Positions 1 through 9,273 of a DNA stretch of 64,000 nucleotides are shown here, piece after piece. Each line of letters starts with the position of its first letter. The first letter of the stretch is position 1. The position numbers and the translations under genes were made by a program. The notes under the pieces are model-generated. The model made no database searches. It was not told where the DNA came from and worked only from the letters and a program-made list of their open reading frames with translations. The stretch is from Anaerolineae bacterium (GTDB lineage: Bacteria; Chloroflexota; Anaerolineae; Epilineales; JAHCIE01): positions 96,281 to 160,280 of the forward strand of contig JBDHWG010000002.1 in assembly GCA_039810085.1 (NCBI GenBank), written 5' to 3'.

Positions 1-1227
1 GAGTAACAGCAAGAGAGCCAGCAGCCAGCCCCACCAGGGCATATCGCAGAACGGGCCGAGCCGCGAGTTGGCAGCTGCGGCCGCGCCCGCTGTCTGGGGA
101 ATGACGACAGGCGCAATCGGGCGGAGCGTTGGGAACGGGGTGGATGTAGGAACCGGCGTTGCTGTCGGCGGCGCTTGAACCGCAACTGACATCTCTGGCG
201 GTAGGCGAAGTTCCTGGGGTGTATCACCACATCGCGTATATCTGATGAGGTCGCCACGATCAACGGAGTACGTTCCGGGAGCGCGGGGGCGCAGCCGGTA
301 GCTCAGGACGATGGATTGATTAAGCACGTCCTTGAGCTTCCACGTGATACGGTCCCCATTGACCGTCCCACTTGGGCTGACGGAGCCGGGGACAACCTCC
401 ATCGTCGTGGCATCAAACGTATGCTCGACGACCACATCCGAGGCCGCGTTGGCCTGCAGAACCGTCTCGGCGATTGTGGCGTAAATCCGGTCCAGGTCAC
501 CGGCGGAGGGGGCATAGTAGGAATCCGAGGGTTGCGACGCCATATCGCGCAGAAGCGACTGATCGGCGTCCGCGCCAAGACCGATAGTGATCAGGCGGAC
601 ACCATCATCACGCGCTTTCTTGGCCGCAGCCAACGGCGCTGCCCCGCTTTGCTTCCCGTCCGTGAGAAGAACGATTATCTGGTTCGCCTCCGGCCGCGCG
701 CGCGCCGTCTTCAGCTCGCGCTGCGCCATGACAATGCCCTGGTCCATTGCGGTGCCACCGTTGGCGTCAAATTGGTTGATTGCATCCGTGAGGCTTTGCA
801 GATCGCTGCTCAGGGGATGAGCGACGCTGGCCGCCGATTGGAACTCGACAAGCCCGACGTGATCGCGGCCAAGGTTGATTTTGCTCAAGAATGTCTTTGC
901 CGCGTCTTTGGTCCGGCTCATTTTCGTCGCGGACGTGCCGTCGCCAGCCGACTCACCCATGCTGCCAGAGTGGTCGATGACCAGGATGATGTCGGACGAC
1001 TTCTGAACGACTTTCCGCTCGCAGACGGCATTGTTGCCGGTCAGCTGGAGGGAGACAGTGAACTCATCCTTGCCCAGCGTGGCCGTGGGGGGTGTCACCT
1101 GGCGGCTAACCGCCAGCGCCTCGGGCGCCTGGCCCTGCGCCAGCGGGGTGTTGCCGGGGAGCAGGGTCAGGCCGACGAGCGCCAACACCAGCAGGACTAT
1201 CAAGGATCTCGGGTGGCTGATGCTCAT
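1..1227 (-). CDS. von Willebrand factor A (vWA) domain protein, membrane-anchored; 3' end (C-terminus) runs off the window edge
   Basis: Not in the ORF track because it is open to the window edge. My reverse-complement translation from the ATG at 1227 gives MSISHPRSLIVLLVLALVGLTLLPG... (signal/TM), then a vWA MIDAS motif VIDHSGSMG and later LLTDGKQSG. A TP-rich linker and a C-terminal hydrophobic stretch WWGWLLALLLLL lie at the window start. The plus-strand ORF 316..1557 is its antisense shadow. Confidence 0.7.
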   Translation of the reverse strand, partial: MSISHPRSLIVLLVLALVGLTLLPGNTPLAQGQAPEALAVSRQVTPPTATLGKDEFTVSLQLTGNNAVCERKVVQKSSDIILVIDHSGSMGESAGDGTSATKMSRTKDAAKTFLSKINLGRDHVGLVEFQSAASVAHPLSSDLQSLTDAINQFDANGGTAMDQGIVMAQRELKTARARPEANQIIVLLTDGKQSGAAPLAAAKKARDDGVRLITIGLGADADQSLLRDMASQPSDSYYAPSAGDLDRIYATIAETVLQANAASDVVVEHTFDATTMEVVPGSVSPSGTVNGDRITWKLKDVLNQSIVLSYRLRPRAPGTYSVDRGDLIRYTRCGDTPQELRLPPEMSVAVQAPPTATPVPTSTPFPTLRPIAPVVIPQTAGAAAAANSRLGPFCDMPWWGWLLALLLLL

Positions 1228-1329
1228 GACGGGCTCTCTAGGTGTTCTCAGCGCCGGGGCGAGCCATGCCGGCTGTGGATGTCAGCAACGGCTCGTCCCG
1301 GCAGCAGTCAGGCTCTTCTCAACGTGCGC

Positions 1330-4300
1330 TCATGCGACGGCGGGTTGACGCCTCGGCGCCCCGCACTCCGGGCAGAACCTGGCGTTCGGTGGCATCTCGT
1401 GGCCGTTCTCGCACACGGGCGTGGCTGGCCGCCTTGGCGCGCCGCACTCGGGGCAGAACTTGGCGTTCGGCGGCATCTCGTGGCCGTTCTCACACACAGC
1501 CACTGGCTCAGGGAGCTTGGGCGGCTCTGGCTTACGCTCGGGCTTCCCGCACTCTAGACAGAACTTGGCGTTCGGCGGCATCTCGTGGCCCTCTTCGCAG
1601 TAGCGAACGGGAGCCGGAGGCTCTAGCTTACGCTCAGGCTGCGGCTCCGGCGGGGTCTTGGTTTGAGATGAGACTCCTACGCTGGTCTTGCCGTCGGCCA
1701 CCAACGTTAGTCTCTCTCCACACTCCTCCACCTGCTTAGGCAGGGGGCCAGGCTCACCGCATTGGGTACAGAACTTCTTGACCGCTTGGTTCACGTGGCC
1801 TGATGGACACACCCACTGGCCATCGTCCAGCCACTTCGAGACTGGCGCATCCTCTTTGCCGTTATTCTCCACGCCGCTGACAGTTTCGGTCTCCTTACTT
1901 GTGTCCGCTTGGGCCGTGATCTCCAGCTCCGGTTCAGGCTGACGTTCGTCCGTTGGGATCTCCCCGGTCCATGCAGCCAAATCGAAGAAGCGGTCCTCAA
2001 GCGCCTTCAGTTCCTCGTACGCCGCGCCGCGCAAAGCCGTCCACAAATCCACGGCTTCCTGGATAGCGGCGCGCTGCTCAGGCTGCATGTCGCTGGGCGG
2101 CTGCGCGCCTTCACGCCACGCCCAGGAGTACCTCTGCAGCTCCTTCTGGGCGCGATCAATCAGGCCGTTGAGCCGGATGATGCGCGCCGCCTTGTCAGTG
2201 GCTTCCGCTTTCAACTGCGCATCGCGACGGTTCGCGGGTAGGAGGGACCAGCCCATATCTCCCTGCGCAGCGAGCATGTCGCGGTGTTCCTGGGACCGCC
2301 GCTCCAGGGTCGCCTCCACCTGCTTCCAGTCGATCTTCGTCGTCTTGTCAAATTCGACTTGCCGGCAGACGAGCTGAACAATGGCCTCCATCAGGCTGGG
2401 TTGATTGGAGGGTGGAGTGAGAGGGTATTCGACAGGGTAGGCGCGGCCGCGTAAGGTATAGACATCGCCATCCGCGCGGCGCTGCCCTTCAGGGTCAACC
2501 ATCAACCGCCAGTAGCTATATCCGCGCGGGTTGTCTTGCGGCGGCGTGTAGCGGTGCAGGAGGATGCCCCGCTCACCGCCAAGCTTCCAGTCATAGTTGG
2601 TCGAGCCGTAGGCGAGGCAGCGCATGGCAAGGTGGAAGCGGTCAATGTCCTCCATCGTGACAACTACCTTCTCGCTCAGCTGCCGCCGCCGCTGCCGCAT
2701 CGTCCTGTCGCCGGTGCTCAACCCACACTCGATCTGGAGCGCGTTGGACTCGGCGGGCAGGACGTGCAGCTCCCGCCAGCGGCTGCCCTGGGCGCTGACG
2801 GTGTGATAGCTCGGCTCGGCGTCGGCGTAGCCCTCGATTTGCGTCGGCCTGAGCAGGTCACCGAACATGACAAACGTGAGCTTGAAGCGGTCGCGCGACT
2901 CCTGGCCCGAGCTGGAAAGGTAATTCTGCTTCGCAGCCACCTGAATTTCACTTGCCGCGACCTCCTTGAACCTTACCGCCACTTCCCGCCGCACATCCTC
3001 CAGGAAAGCCTCGTCTTCGGGTTTTAGAGCGACTTTGTAGACGCGCATGATCGTCGTGCGCATGGGCGGCTCTTCCTGGGACGTTCGCTTCAGCAGATAG
3101 CCGCTATTCCTGAACACCCTGTCGCCCAAATCGCCGACTCGGTGTACATAATTGACGCGCAGATACTCGGTGACCGACATCTCTGTCCAGGCGTTATCGT
3201 AGACAGCGCGGCATTGGTTGAGGATGGTGTTCAGGTTGCGCAGCCCCAGGACTTGCTGGCCCGAGGCGCCGGCGCGGCGGTCCCAAGCTTTGCCGCCGAC
3301 CTTGAAGTCCACCCGCAGCCCCCCGCCTTCCTGCGGGACGACGCTCCACTCCATGGATTGCAAGACGTCGTCGAGCTTGCCGCGACTCAGCGCCTCGCGC
3401 TTCTGGCTGAGGTATTCGTCCTTCTCTTCATTGTCTTCGATGACCCAGCGCGCTGCGTTCTTGCTCTGGTTGCGGTCCACCTGGACCTCGCGCTGCCCAT
3501 CGAGGAGCAGGGCGTACGCTCCGCCATCGGCGGCGTAGGAAGTCGCCAGGGCGCGTTCCCACGTCGTCAGCTCCTTGAGCGCCCCCTCGACGGACTTCTG
3601 CAGGCGCTCGATCAGCTCGTAGACCACCTGGCGCGCGACGTCGGCCTTCTGGAACTGCATCAGCCGGTCGGCCGCCTCGCGGTACTTCTTGCGGTTGGAG
3701 TTCTGGAAGCCGGCGCCGCGCCGCATCTGCGTCGCCGCCTCTTTATAGGCGAGCTCAAGACCGTCATACTGCGGCTTGCGCTTTGTCTGGCTCTCCGCCC
3801 CTGCGCGGGCCAGGACGGCGGCGGCATCCTTGAGGATTTTGTCCACGCGCTGGAGGAAAGCCAGGGCGTAGCCGAGCTTTGCCTGCTTGCGCGTCTGCGG
3901 CGTCCCCTGGTTGGGGTCGCCGTTCAGCGTCAGGCGCAGCCACTTCAGCAGCACATCGTCGAAGCTGGTGACATGGTGGCTGCCCAGGATGACAAGGGCG
4001 CGGCGGAAGTCCCCGCCTGCGCGCAGCCAGACTTCGCGCGGCTCGCCGAGCATCTGGCGGTGCTTCACCCCGACCTCGGTCTCCATATTGCTGGCTTGCT
4101 GCTCGTTGGTCTTGCCTGGCTGGTTGTGGTCAACGTAGTACTTGCCGCTCTGCTTGTTGTTGACGCTGCCGTCTAGCTCTTCCTGGGCCTGCGCCACATA
4201 GTTTTGCCAGTTGGAATCTGACGGCGCGAGGCGCTGCTGCCACCCGCGCGCATCCTCGGCGAGGATCGCGGCGACGACTTGCTCGCGTTGGGCAGCGGTG

Positions 4301-5637
4301 CGGTCGGCCACGAGGCCCCACTCAGCCAGTTGGGCGACAAGGGCGGTCGTGTTCAACTTCAGCCAGCTCTCCGCGTCCCGACTCGGGTCGCGGGCCAATC
4401 CTTCGGGCTGCCCCGTCTCTAGTTGAAGCGGGAACAGCACGTCTTTCTCGTCCCGTTTCGGTTTAAGCAGCACATCTAACGCTTCGCGGGCCAGGCTGTG
4501 GCTCCACCCCTCGACGATGTGATAGATGGGCAGCTCGATGGTGTACGTCCCGACACTGCCGTAAGTGACCACGCCGTCGGGAATGTTGAAGGCGGGATAG
4601 AAGGACTTGTAGTTGACGGAGTGGCTGCAGAACGCGCTGCCCGACCGATCGTCCACGTACGAGACGATGACATCGGCGATCGAGGGCGCCAGCCCTTTCT
4701 CAAGCTCAAGAATGTTGAGGGGGTTGCGCTCGCGCTGGCCGTCGTAGAGATAGACGACGCTGTACGGGCTGCCCTGGAGCCGGGAGTTCAACGGCCCGGT
4801 TTTGGTGGGGTCGTAGACCATGGGGTAGCCGCCGATCTGGCGCGTCGTGACGCCGTCGAGGCGGGTCAGCTCGCGTAGGGCGGCGTAGGAGCGGGCCTCG
4901 AAGTCCTGCCGCACGGTCGGCTGGCTGATTTGCACCGCTGGGGTGCCGCGGAACGCCTCGGGCAGCACGAAGTGACCGATGATGACCGGCTCGGTGCGGA
5001 AGCCGGCGCTAGGGGCCAGGGCGTGGACCAGGTGGGCCACATCGGCGACCAGGGCGGCGCCCGTGCCCCCGGCGAGCGAGCCGGTGATGTGGACGTAGAC
5101 CTGGCTTGCCCCACTCTGGTAGATGGCGCGGAGCGACCCGAGGAGCAGGGTATTGAGCTGGGTCATGTTGGTGAACAGCGCCAGGCGGCCAAACTGGCGG
5201 AGGCGGCCCGCGCCGACATTGAGGTTCCACGTAGACGGCTCGACGTTCTTGACGTCGAGGTAGTAGCGGGCCTGGAACCAGCTGCTAATATGGCGGTTGG
5301 GCTGATTCTGGAGCAGGGAGTCGTTGCCCTCGGCCTTGATTTGCTCGGCCTTGACCGTCGCGCCAAGGGATCTGACGGTTCCGGTCAGCGGCACGTACTC
5401 GCCGCCCTCGATGCTGACCGGCCCGGTCTGGTGGTGCTGGTCGCGCTCGTTGCCCCAGCCGCCTACTTTGAACTGGTATTGCTGCTCTGTATCCAGGACA
5501 AGGAGGGCCATGCCGTCGGGCAGCTGGTTCCGATTAGTTTCCAGCAGCCCCTTCTTGACGAAGGTGACGACTTTCAGCCCCGTCCCCCCTAGACCGATGA
5601 CAAGCGACGGGATCGCTTTGAAGCTGTTATCCGCCAT
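1330..5637 (-). CDS. Giant FtsZ/tubulin-like GTPase (FtsZl-1-like) with long helical middle region and four C-terminal tandem zinc-ribbon modules
   Basis: The N-terminus MADNSFKAIPSLVIGLGGTGLKVV resembles the FtsZ/tubulin glycine-rich T1 loop. HITGSLAGGTGAALVADV resembles the GGGTG(S/T)G T4 signature. The protein is 1435 aa. The C-terminus carries four C-x2-GH-x(6-7)-FC-x2-CG repeats (WVCPSGH...FCTQCG, YCEEGHEMPPNAKFCLECG, VCENGHEMPPNAKFCPECG x2). It sits in an operon with vWA proteins, as reported for the FtsZl-1 family. Confidence 0.7.
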   Translation of the reverse strand: MADNSFKAIPSLVIGLGGTGLKVVTFVKKGLLETNRNQLPDGMALLVLDTEQQYQFKVGGWGNERDQHHQTGPVSIEGGEYVPLTGTVRSLGATVKAEQIKAEGNDSLLQNQPNRHISSWFQARYYLDVKNVEPSTWNLNVGAGRLRQFGRLALFTNMTQLNTLLLGSLRAIYQSGASQVYVHITGSLAGGTGAALVADVAHLVHALAPSAGFRTEPVIIGHFVLPEAFRGTPAVQISQPTVRQDFEARSYAALRELTRLDGVTTRQIGGYPMVYDPTKTGPLNSRLQGSPYSVVYLYDGQRERNPLNILELEKGLAPSIADVIVSYVDDRSGSAFCSHSVNYKSFYPAFNIPDGVVTYGSVGTYTIELPIYHIVEGWSHSLAREALDVLLKPKRDEKDVLFPLQLETGQPEGLARDPSRDAESWLKLNTTALVAQLAEWGLVADRTAAQREQVVAAILAEDARGWQQRLAPSDSNWQNYVAQAQEELDGSVNNKQSGKYYVDHNQPGKTNEQQASNMETEVGVKHRQMLGEPREVWLRAGGDFRRALVILGSHHVTSFDDVLLKWLRLTLNGDPNQGTPQTRKQAKLGYALAFLQRVDKILKDAAAVLARAGAESQTKRKPQYDGLELAYKEAATQMRRGAGFQNSNRKKYREAADRLMQFQKADVARQVVYELIERLQKSVEGALKELTTWERALATSYAADGGAYALLLDGQREVQVDRNQSKNAARWVIEDNEEKDEYLSQKREALSRGKLDDVLQSMEWSVVPQEGGGLRVDFKVGGKAWDRRAGASGQQVLGLRNLNTILNQCRAVYDNAWTEMSVTEYLRVNYVHRVGDLGDRVFRNSGYLLKRTSQEEPPMRTTIMRVYKVALKPEDEAFLEDVRREVAVRFKEVAASEIQVAAKQNYLSSSGQESRDRFKLTFVMFGDLLRPTQIEGYADAEPSYHTVSAQGSRWRELHVLPAESNALQIECGLSTGDRTMRQRRRQLSEKVVVTMEDIDRFHLAMRCLAYGSTNYDWKLGGERGILLHRYTPPQDNPRGYSYWRLMVDPEGQRRADGDVYTLRGRAYPVEYPLTPPSNQPSLMEAIVQLVCRQVEFDKTTKIDWKQVEATLERRSQEHRDMLAAQGDMGWSLLPANRRDAQLKAEATDKAARIIRLNGLIDRAQKELQRYSWAWREGAQPPSDMQPEQRAAIQEAVDLWTALRGAAYEELKALEDRFFDLAAWTGEIPTDERQPEPELEITAQADTSKETETVSGVENNGKEDAPVSKWLDDGQWVCPSGHVNQAVKKFCTQCGEPGPLPKQVEECGERLTLVADGKTSVGVSSQTKTPPEPQPERKLEPPAPVRYCEEGHEMPPNAKFCLECGKPERKPEPPKLPEPVAVCENGHEMPPNAKFCPECGAPRRPATPVCENGHEMPPNARFCPECGAPRRQPAVA
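1363..1600. repeat. Three tandem degenerate DNA repeats (~84-110 bp period) encoding the zinc-ribbon modules of the FtsZl-1-like protein
   Basis: The unit cagaac(t/c)tggcgttcgg(t/c)ggcatctcgtggcc recurs near 1367, 1451 and 1561. Confidence 0.6.
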
Positions 5638-5661
5638 CTCACTCCTCCAGGTGCTCTAGGA

Positions 5662-8286
5662 TTAGCGCGTGCCGCTATCCATGTCGAACGATTCCAGCAC
5701 TGCCCCGGATCCCTCCATCACGACTGCGCGCGGCCCCTTCTCGACGTAGTACCCCAGGCCCACCGACAGGGCGGGTGTGTTGGGGCCGAGAACAGTCGCC
5801 GGCCGGCCGCCATCTTTCAGCTCCACTTCCACCAGCGCACGTCCCGCTTTGGAGTCTTCGTCATTGGAGCACGTGACGATGATGCGCTTGACCGGGTTGG
5901 CATCGCTGCCGCGCCGGAGCAGGCCGCCGCTCACGTTGATGACGTGCCGGTTGCGCTGTGTGGGCAGCTCCTCTCTGAGAATGCGCTTACGGTAGCTCGT
6001 TTCCTCTGTCCCGTCGTTCGAGCCATACAGTGGGTCGAACATCGCCAGCTCGTAGACCTCGATCCAACCTGAGAGCGGGTGCGCGCGTTGCTTTATCTCT
6101 CGCCGTCCGACGCCGACCCCCGCCACACCGACCAGCCCGACAGCGGCCAGGACGCCAAAGAACCACGGGTTGATTCGGCCATCAGCCGAGGTCTTCCACT
6201 CCGAGCTGGCCCACTCGTAATCCTCGGCCAGCTGCGTGTTGGGTATCACTGCGATCTCATAGTGGCCGCGCCCGAGCGTGTTCGGCTCGAGCCGGTACAG
6301 ACCGGGCTTACCCGTGTTGCTCATCTTCGTCTCGGCGCTGCGGTCGTTGTTCTGAGCGTCGAGGATGCGCAGCTTGAACGGGTACATTGGGTCCACGGCG
6401 CCCACTTCGCCAGGCCCAATCGCCCTGCCGTCGTCCGTCTTGAGCTGAACTTCGAGGGGGAGACCCGTCGGGCGCAAGAATGGATCCGTCGCAATGAACT
6501 GTCCACCCTCGGGCGCGACGATCTCGGCGCGGACGAGCTTCGTCGGCGTCACGTCGAAGGACAGTTTGTCCTGGCCCAGGGTGACCGGGCCCTTCGGCGT
6601 ATCGATGCTGAAACGGTACGCGAGCTCGTGGCGGCCTGAAACCGCCGGCTTAAACGTGACGGAGTAGACGCCGTCCGGGCCTTCGGTGATCGGCACTGCC
6701 TGGGAACCGGTAGGGCTGGTGAGCGTGACTGTCCCAGTGATAGGCAGATCTGGCTTGACCGGCTGCTGGTTGGCCGTGACGCTGAACTTTACGGTGGAGG
6801 GGCGGTATTGCTTCGTGCTCCCCTTGACCGCGTCGGTGACAGCCAACTGCACTGGCGCGACCTGGAATGTAGCGATGGGTTGGTCGAAGACGACGAAGTC
6901 GGTATTGTCCGGGTTGCGCGTGGTCGCTTTGACGCGCAGTTCATTCGCGCCCGCTTCGAGGGGAATGACCTCACCGTTGAACTGGTAGCCCGGCTGGCTC
7001 TGGAGGGTGATAGGAAGGGCGGCCTTGGACGGCCCCACCAGGCTCGTTACAGTCTGCACCGTGTAGCGCGGGTCAGCATAATCCGGCAGGGGCGACTCCG
7101 AGGCGTCTCGAATAAGCATTTGAATCGGGGTGCGCTTGAACTGTACGAGGTTCGCGCCAGGGCCAGGCGCTGCGAGCTTCGGAGCCGCATTGAACCTGGA
7201 CACACGCACCTGACAGCGCGCTAGAGCGTCCGGCGACAGCTGGCTCTGGACTTGCCACAAGCCTGGCAGTGGGTTATTCACCGTGAGCGTCTCGATCGGA
7301 TCTTTGAGGCCGCTCACCCCCACCTTGACGTCTGTTCGGCCCGGCTCAAGCCGCCCTGTTTGGTCCCGCACGTCGAGGTGCTGGTCGGGGCTGGACTTGA
7401 TAAGCGTGAGCTCGACTTGCTGCACGAAAGGCGGAATGGAAATGGAGCCGCCTTTGTAGCACTCCTGGTTGAAGCCGGTGCGCCCGCCGCTTAGGTTGCT
7501 GGTCAACTGGCTGGTGATGCCTTGCAGGCGGCTCGTCATGTCCTGTTGGTCCACGGCGCGCACTGCGCGACTCGGGTCGCCTACAACGCGGTCCCAGTAC
7601 GGCTTCACATCGTTCCAGTACGTGTTGTCTTTGTCGATGCCGATGACAAAAATCTGGTGGGAGGAAGGTGGCATGTAGTTCTGCACATAGTCCGCCAGCT
7701 CAGTCATGTGATCTTGCCAGGAGAAGCCGGCCCGATTCAGCGCCGGCTGACCATCGGTTAACACGACGACGGCTCTCACGGGGCAGCCGTTGACTTGCGG
7801 CTGCGCCTGGTCGAATAGCGACGAGGCGGTCTGAAATGCGGCCAGAAAGTTCGTGTTACCAAGGGATTTCATAGGCGTGAACGACGGCGCCAGGTCACGG
7901 AGCTGCTGGTCGTGCTCGCTTTGGCTGGTAGACTTGAACTGGGTCCAGTCAAGCCCGACTTGTGGGCGGTCTCCGAAGTGAACCAGCGCCATCTGCATCG
8001 TGCTGGACGGGAAGATGATGTAGTGCAGAGTGCTGAGAAGCCGGGCCGTGTCGGCGGAGCCGAAGAAGCGTAACCCTTCCGGGTCACTTGGCGCTCGGCC
8101 GTTGATCACTTGAGACATCGAGCCGCTCTCGTCCACAATCAGGACGACTTGAAGCGCATTGCAGCCCGCCTGGGGCGACTGCTGCGCAGGGCGGGCGAAC
8201 GATCCGTCGCCTCGGGCCGGTAGGCTAGTGGCAAAAAGGGTAGTCAAGAGGACTACTAGGAGCAGGGCCACTCTCAATGATCGCAT
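5662..8286 (-). CDS. Secreted vWA domain protein with Ig-like/beta-rich region, C-terminal TM helix and ~130-aa cytoplasmic tail
   Basis: Signal peptide MRSLRVALLLVVLLTTLFATSLPARG. MIDAS motif LIVDESGSMS, later VLTDGQP. The TM segment WFFGVLAAVGLVGVAGVGVG lies near the C-terminus and is followed by a tail. The stop is 25 nt from the start of the FtsZl-1-like gene. Confidence 0.75.
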   Translation of the reverse strand: MRSLRVALLLVVLLTTLFATSLPARGDGSFARPAQQSPQAGCNALQVVLIVDESGSMSQVINGRAPSDPEGLRFFGSADTARLLSTLHYIIFPSSTMQMALVHFGDRPQVGLDWTQFKSTSQSEHDQQLRDLAPSFTPMKSLGNTNFLAAFQTASSLFDQAQPQVNGCPVRAVVVLTDGQPALNRAGFSWQDHMTELADYVQNYMPPSSHQIFVIGIDKDNTYWNDVKPYWDRVVGDPSRAVRAVDQQDMTSRLQGITSQLTSNLSGGRTGFNQECYKGGSISIPPFVQQVELTLIKSSPDQHLDVRDQTGRLEPGRTDVKVGVSGLKDPIETLTVNNPLPGLWQVQSQLSPDALARCQVRVSRFNAAPKLAAPGPGANLVQFKRTPIQMLIRDASESPLPDYADPRYTVQTVTSLVGPSKAALPITLQSQPGYQFNGEVIPLEAGANELRVKATTRNPDNTDFVVFDQPIATFQVAPVQLAVTDAVKGSTKQYRPSTVKFSVTANQQPVKPDLPITGTVTLTSPTGSQAVPITEGPDGVYSVTFKPAVSGRHELAYRFSIDTPKGPVTLGQDKLSFDVTPTKLVRAEIVAPEGGQFIATDPFLRPTGLPLEVQLKTDDGRAIGPGEVGAVDPMYPFKLRILDAQNNDRSAETKMSNTGKPGLYRLEPNTLGRGHYEIAVIPNTQLAEDYEWASSEWKTSADGRINPWFFGVLAAVGLVGVAGVGVGRREIKQRAHPLSGWIEVYELAMFDPLYGSNDGTEETSYRKRILREELPTQRNRHVINVSGGLLRRGSDANPVKRIIVTCSNDEDSKAGRALVEVELKDGGRPATVLGPNTPALSVGLGYYVEKGPRAVVMEGSGAVLESFDMDSGTR

Positions 8287-8298
8287 GGCGCATTCCCT

Positions 8299-9273
8299 CT
8301 AGTCAGGAGGCTCCCCTGGCGCTCGTAGATGAGCGATAATTGTGGGGGGATAGCGTTTCTCAGTCATTTCTTTGCGGACCGACGCCCGGTCATAACAAGC
8401 TGCGTGGAATGTGACGCTGCCGCCACCGTCTGGCTCTAGCGTCAACACGGCGTAGCTGGCCTTCCTCTCCCCACTCTTCTCACGCGAGAAGCCAACGCTG
8501 CCAGGCGAGAGGAGCGCCGGCTCGCTCGGCGACAGGGCTAACTCGTACGGTTCATCGAGGTATACCGCTGCTTCCCATTGATGAGCGTAAGCCCCCTCGC
8601 GGTAGAGAGAGCGGCGGTGTTCGTGTCCCACCAACGCCAGCCGAGGCAGCGCCAGGTCAGCGCCCTGCACCCGAAGCTCGGGCGCCACCGCGGGGCCGGT
8701 CGCCAGCCAGCTCAGCAACGCCAGGGTGTACCGGGCGTGTTGCGCCTCTTTGACATAGCCCCAGACATACGACCACAGAATATCATCGCTCAAGGGCTGG
8801 CGGAGCATATTCACATCCAGGTCTCGCACGGCGCCCCCGTGTATCAAGTAGATACCAGGTCGCGGCGCGCAGACAAGCGGCCACTTCTCGATCTCTGGTG
8901 CCACGCTCCTGGTATCGTTATCTCTGCCTAGCTCGCCAAATCGCATGAGCTCCCGCTGATGCAGGCGGATAATCTCCCAATCCGTTCGGTTGAACCCACC
9001 GTCTGCGCCGCGCTCGGTTTCGACGGTCTCTATCTTCCCGATAATGCCCCAATCGTGATTGCCGGCGACAACCCAGGACGGCCGATAACTGCGCATCAAA
9101 CGGTTCCAGGCTTGCCAGGGGCGTGGGCCGCGGCCGAAGATATCGCCGAGAAACCATAGCTCGGAAAAGGGCGTCGCTGCGTAACGGCTATGTGCGTCGT
9201 TCCAGGCCGCTCTCAACGCCAGTTCATCCGCGTGAACGTCCGCGAGCACAAGAACGCGTTCGATGCCGCTCAC
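8299..9273 (-). CDS. Calcineurin-like metallophosphoesterase (PPP-type phosphatase motifs) with uncharacterised C-terminal domain
   Basis: Motifs VLADVHAD, GDIFGRGP and GNHD (GDxHG / GDxxDRG / GNH[DE]) in the first ~75 aa. Its start overlaps the stop of the upstream 1480-aa gene (ATGA). Confidence 0.75.
   Translation of the reverse strand: MSGIERVLVLADVHADELALRAAWNDAHSRYAATPFSELWFLGDIFGRGPRPWQAWNRLMRSYRPSWVVAGNHDWGIIGKIETVETERGADGGFNRTDWEIIRLHQRELMRFGELGRDNDTRSVAPEIEKWPLVCAPRPGIYLIHGGAVRDLDVNMLRQPLSDDILWSYVWGYVKEAQHARYTLALLSWLATGPAVAPELRVQGADLALPRLALVGHEHRRSLYREGAYAHQWEAAVYLDEPYELALSPSEPALLSPGSVGFSREKSGERKASYAVLTLEPDGGGSVTFHAACYDRASVRKEMTEKRYPPTIIAHLRAPGEPPD

Noticed and set aside
316-1557. 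413-aa plus-strand ORF at the window start
   Set aside because: The translation is Arg/Gly/Leu-rich with no domain logic. The opposite strand encodes a coherent vWA protein with signal peptide and MIDAS motif. It is an antisense GC-frame artefact.
2536-5592. Plus-strand ORFs 2536..3027, 3142..4176, 4498..4878 and 4930..5592 inside the 1330..5637 gene
   Set aside because: All lie antisense to a long, motif-bearing ORF. High-GC genomes generate such shadow ORFs.
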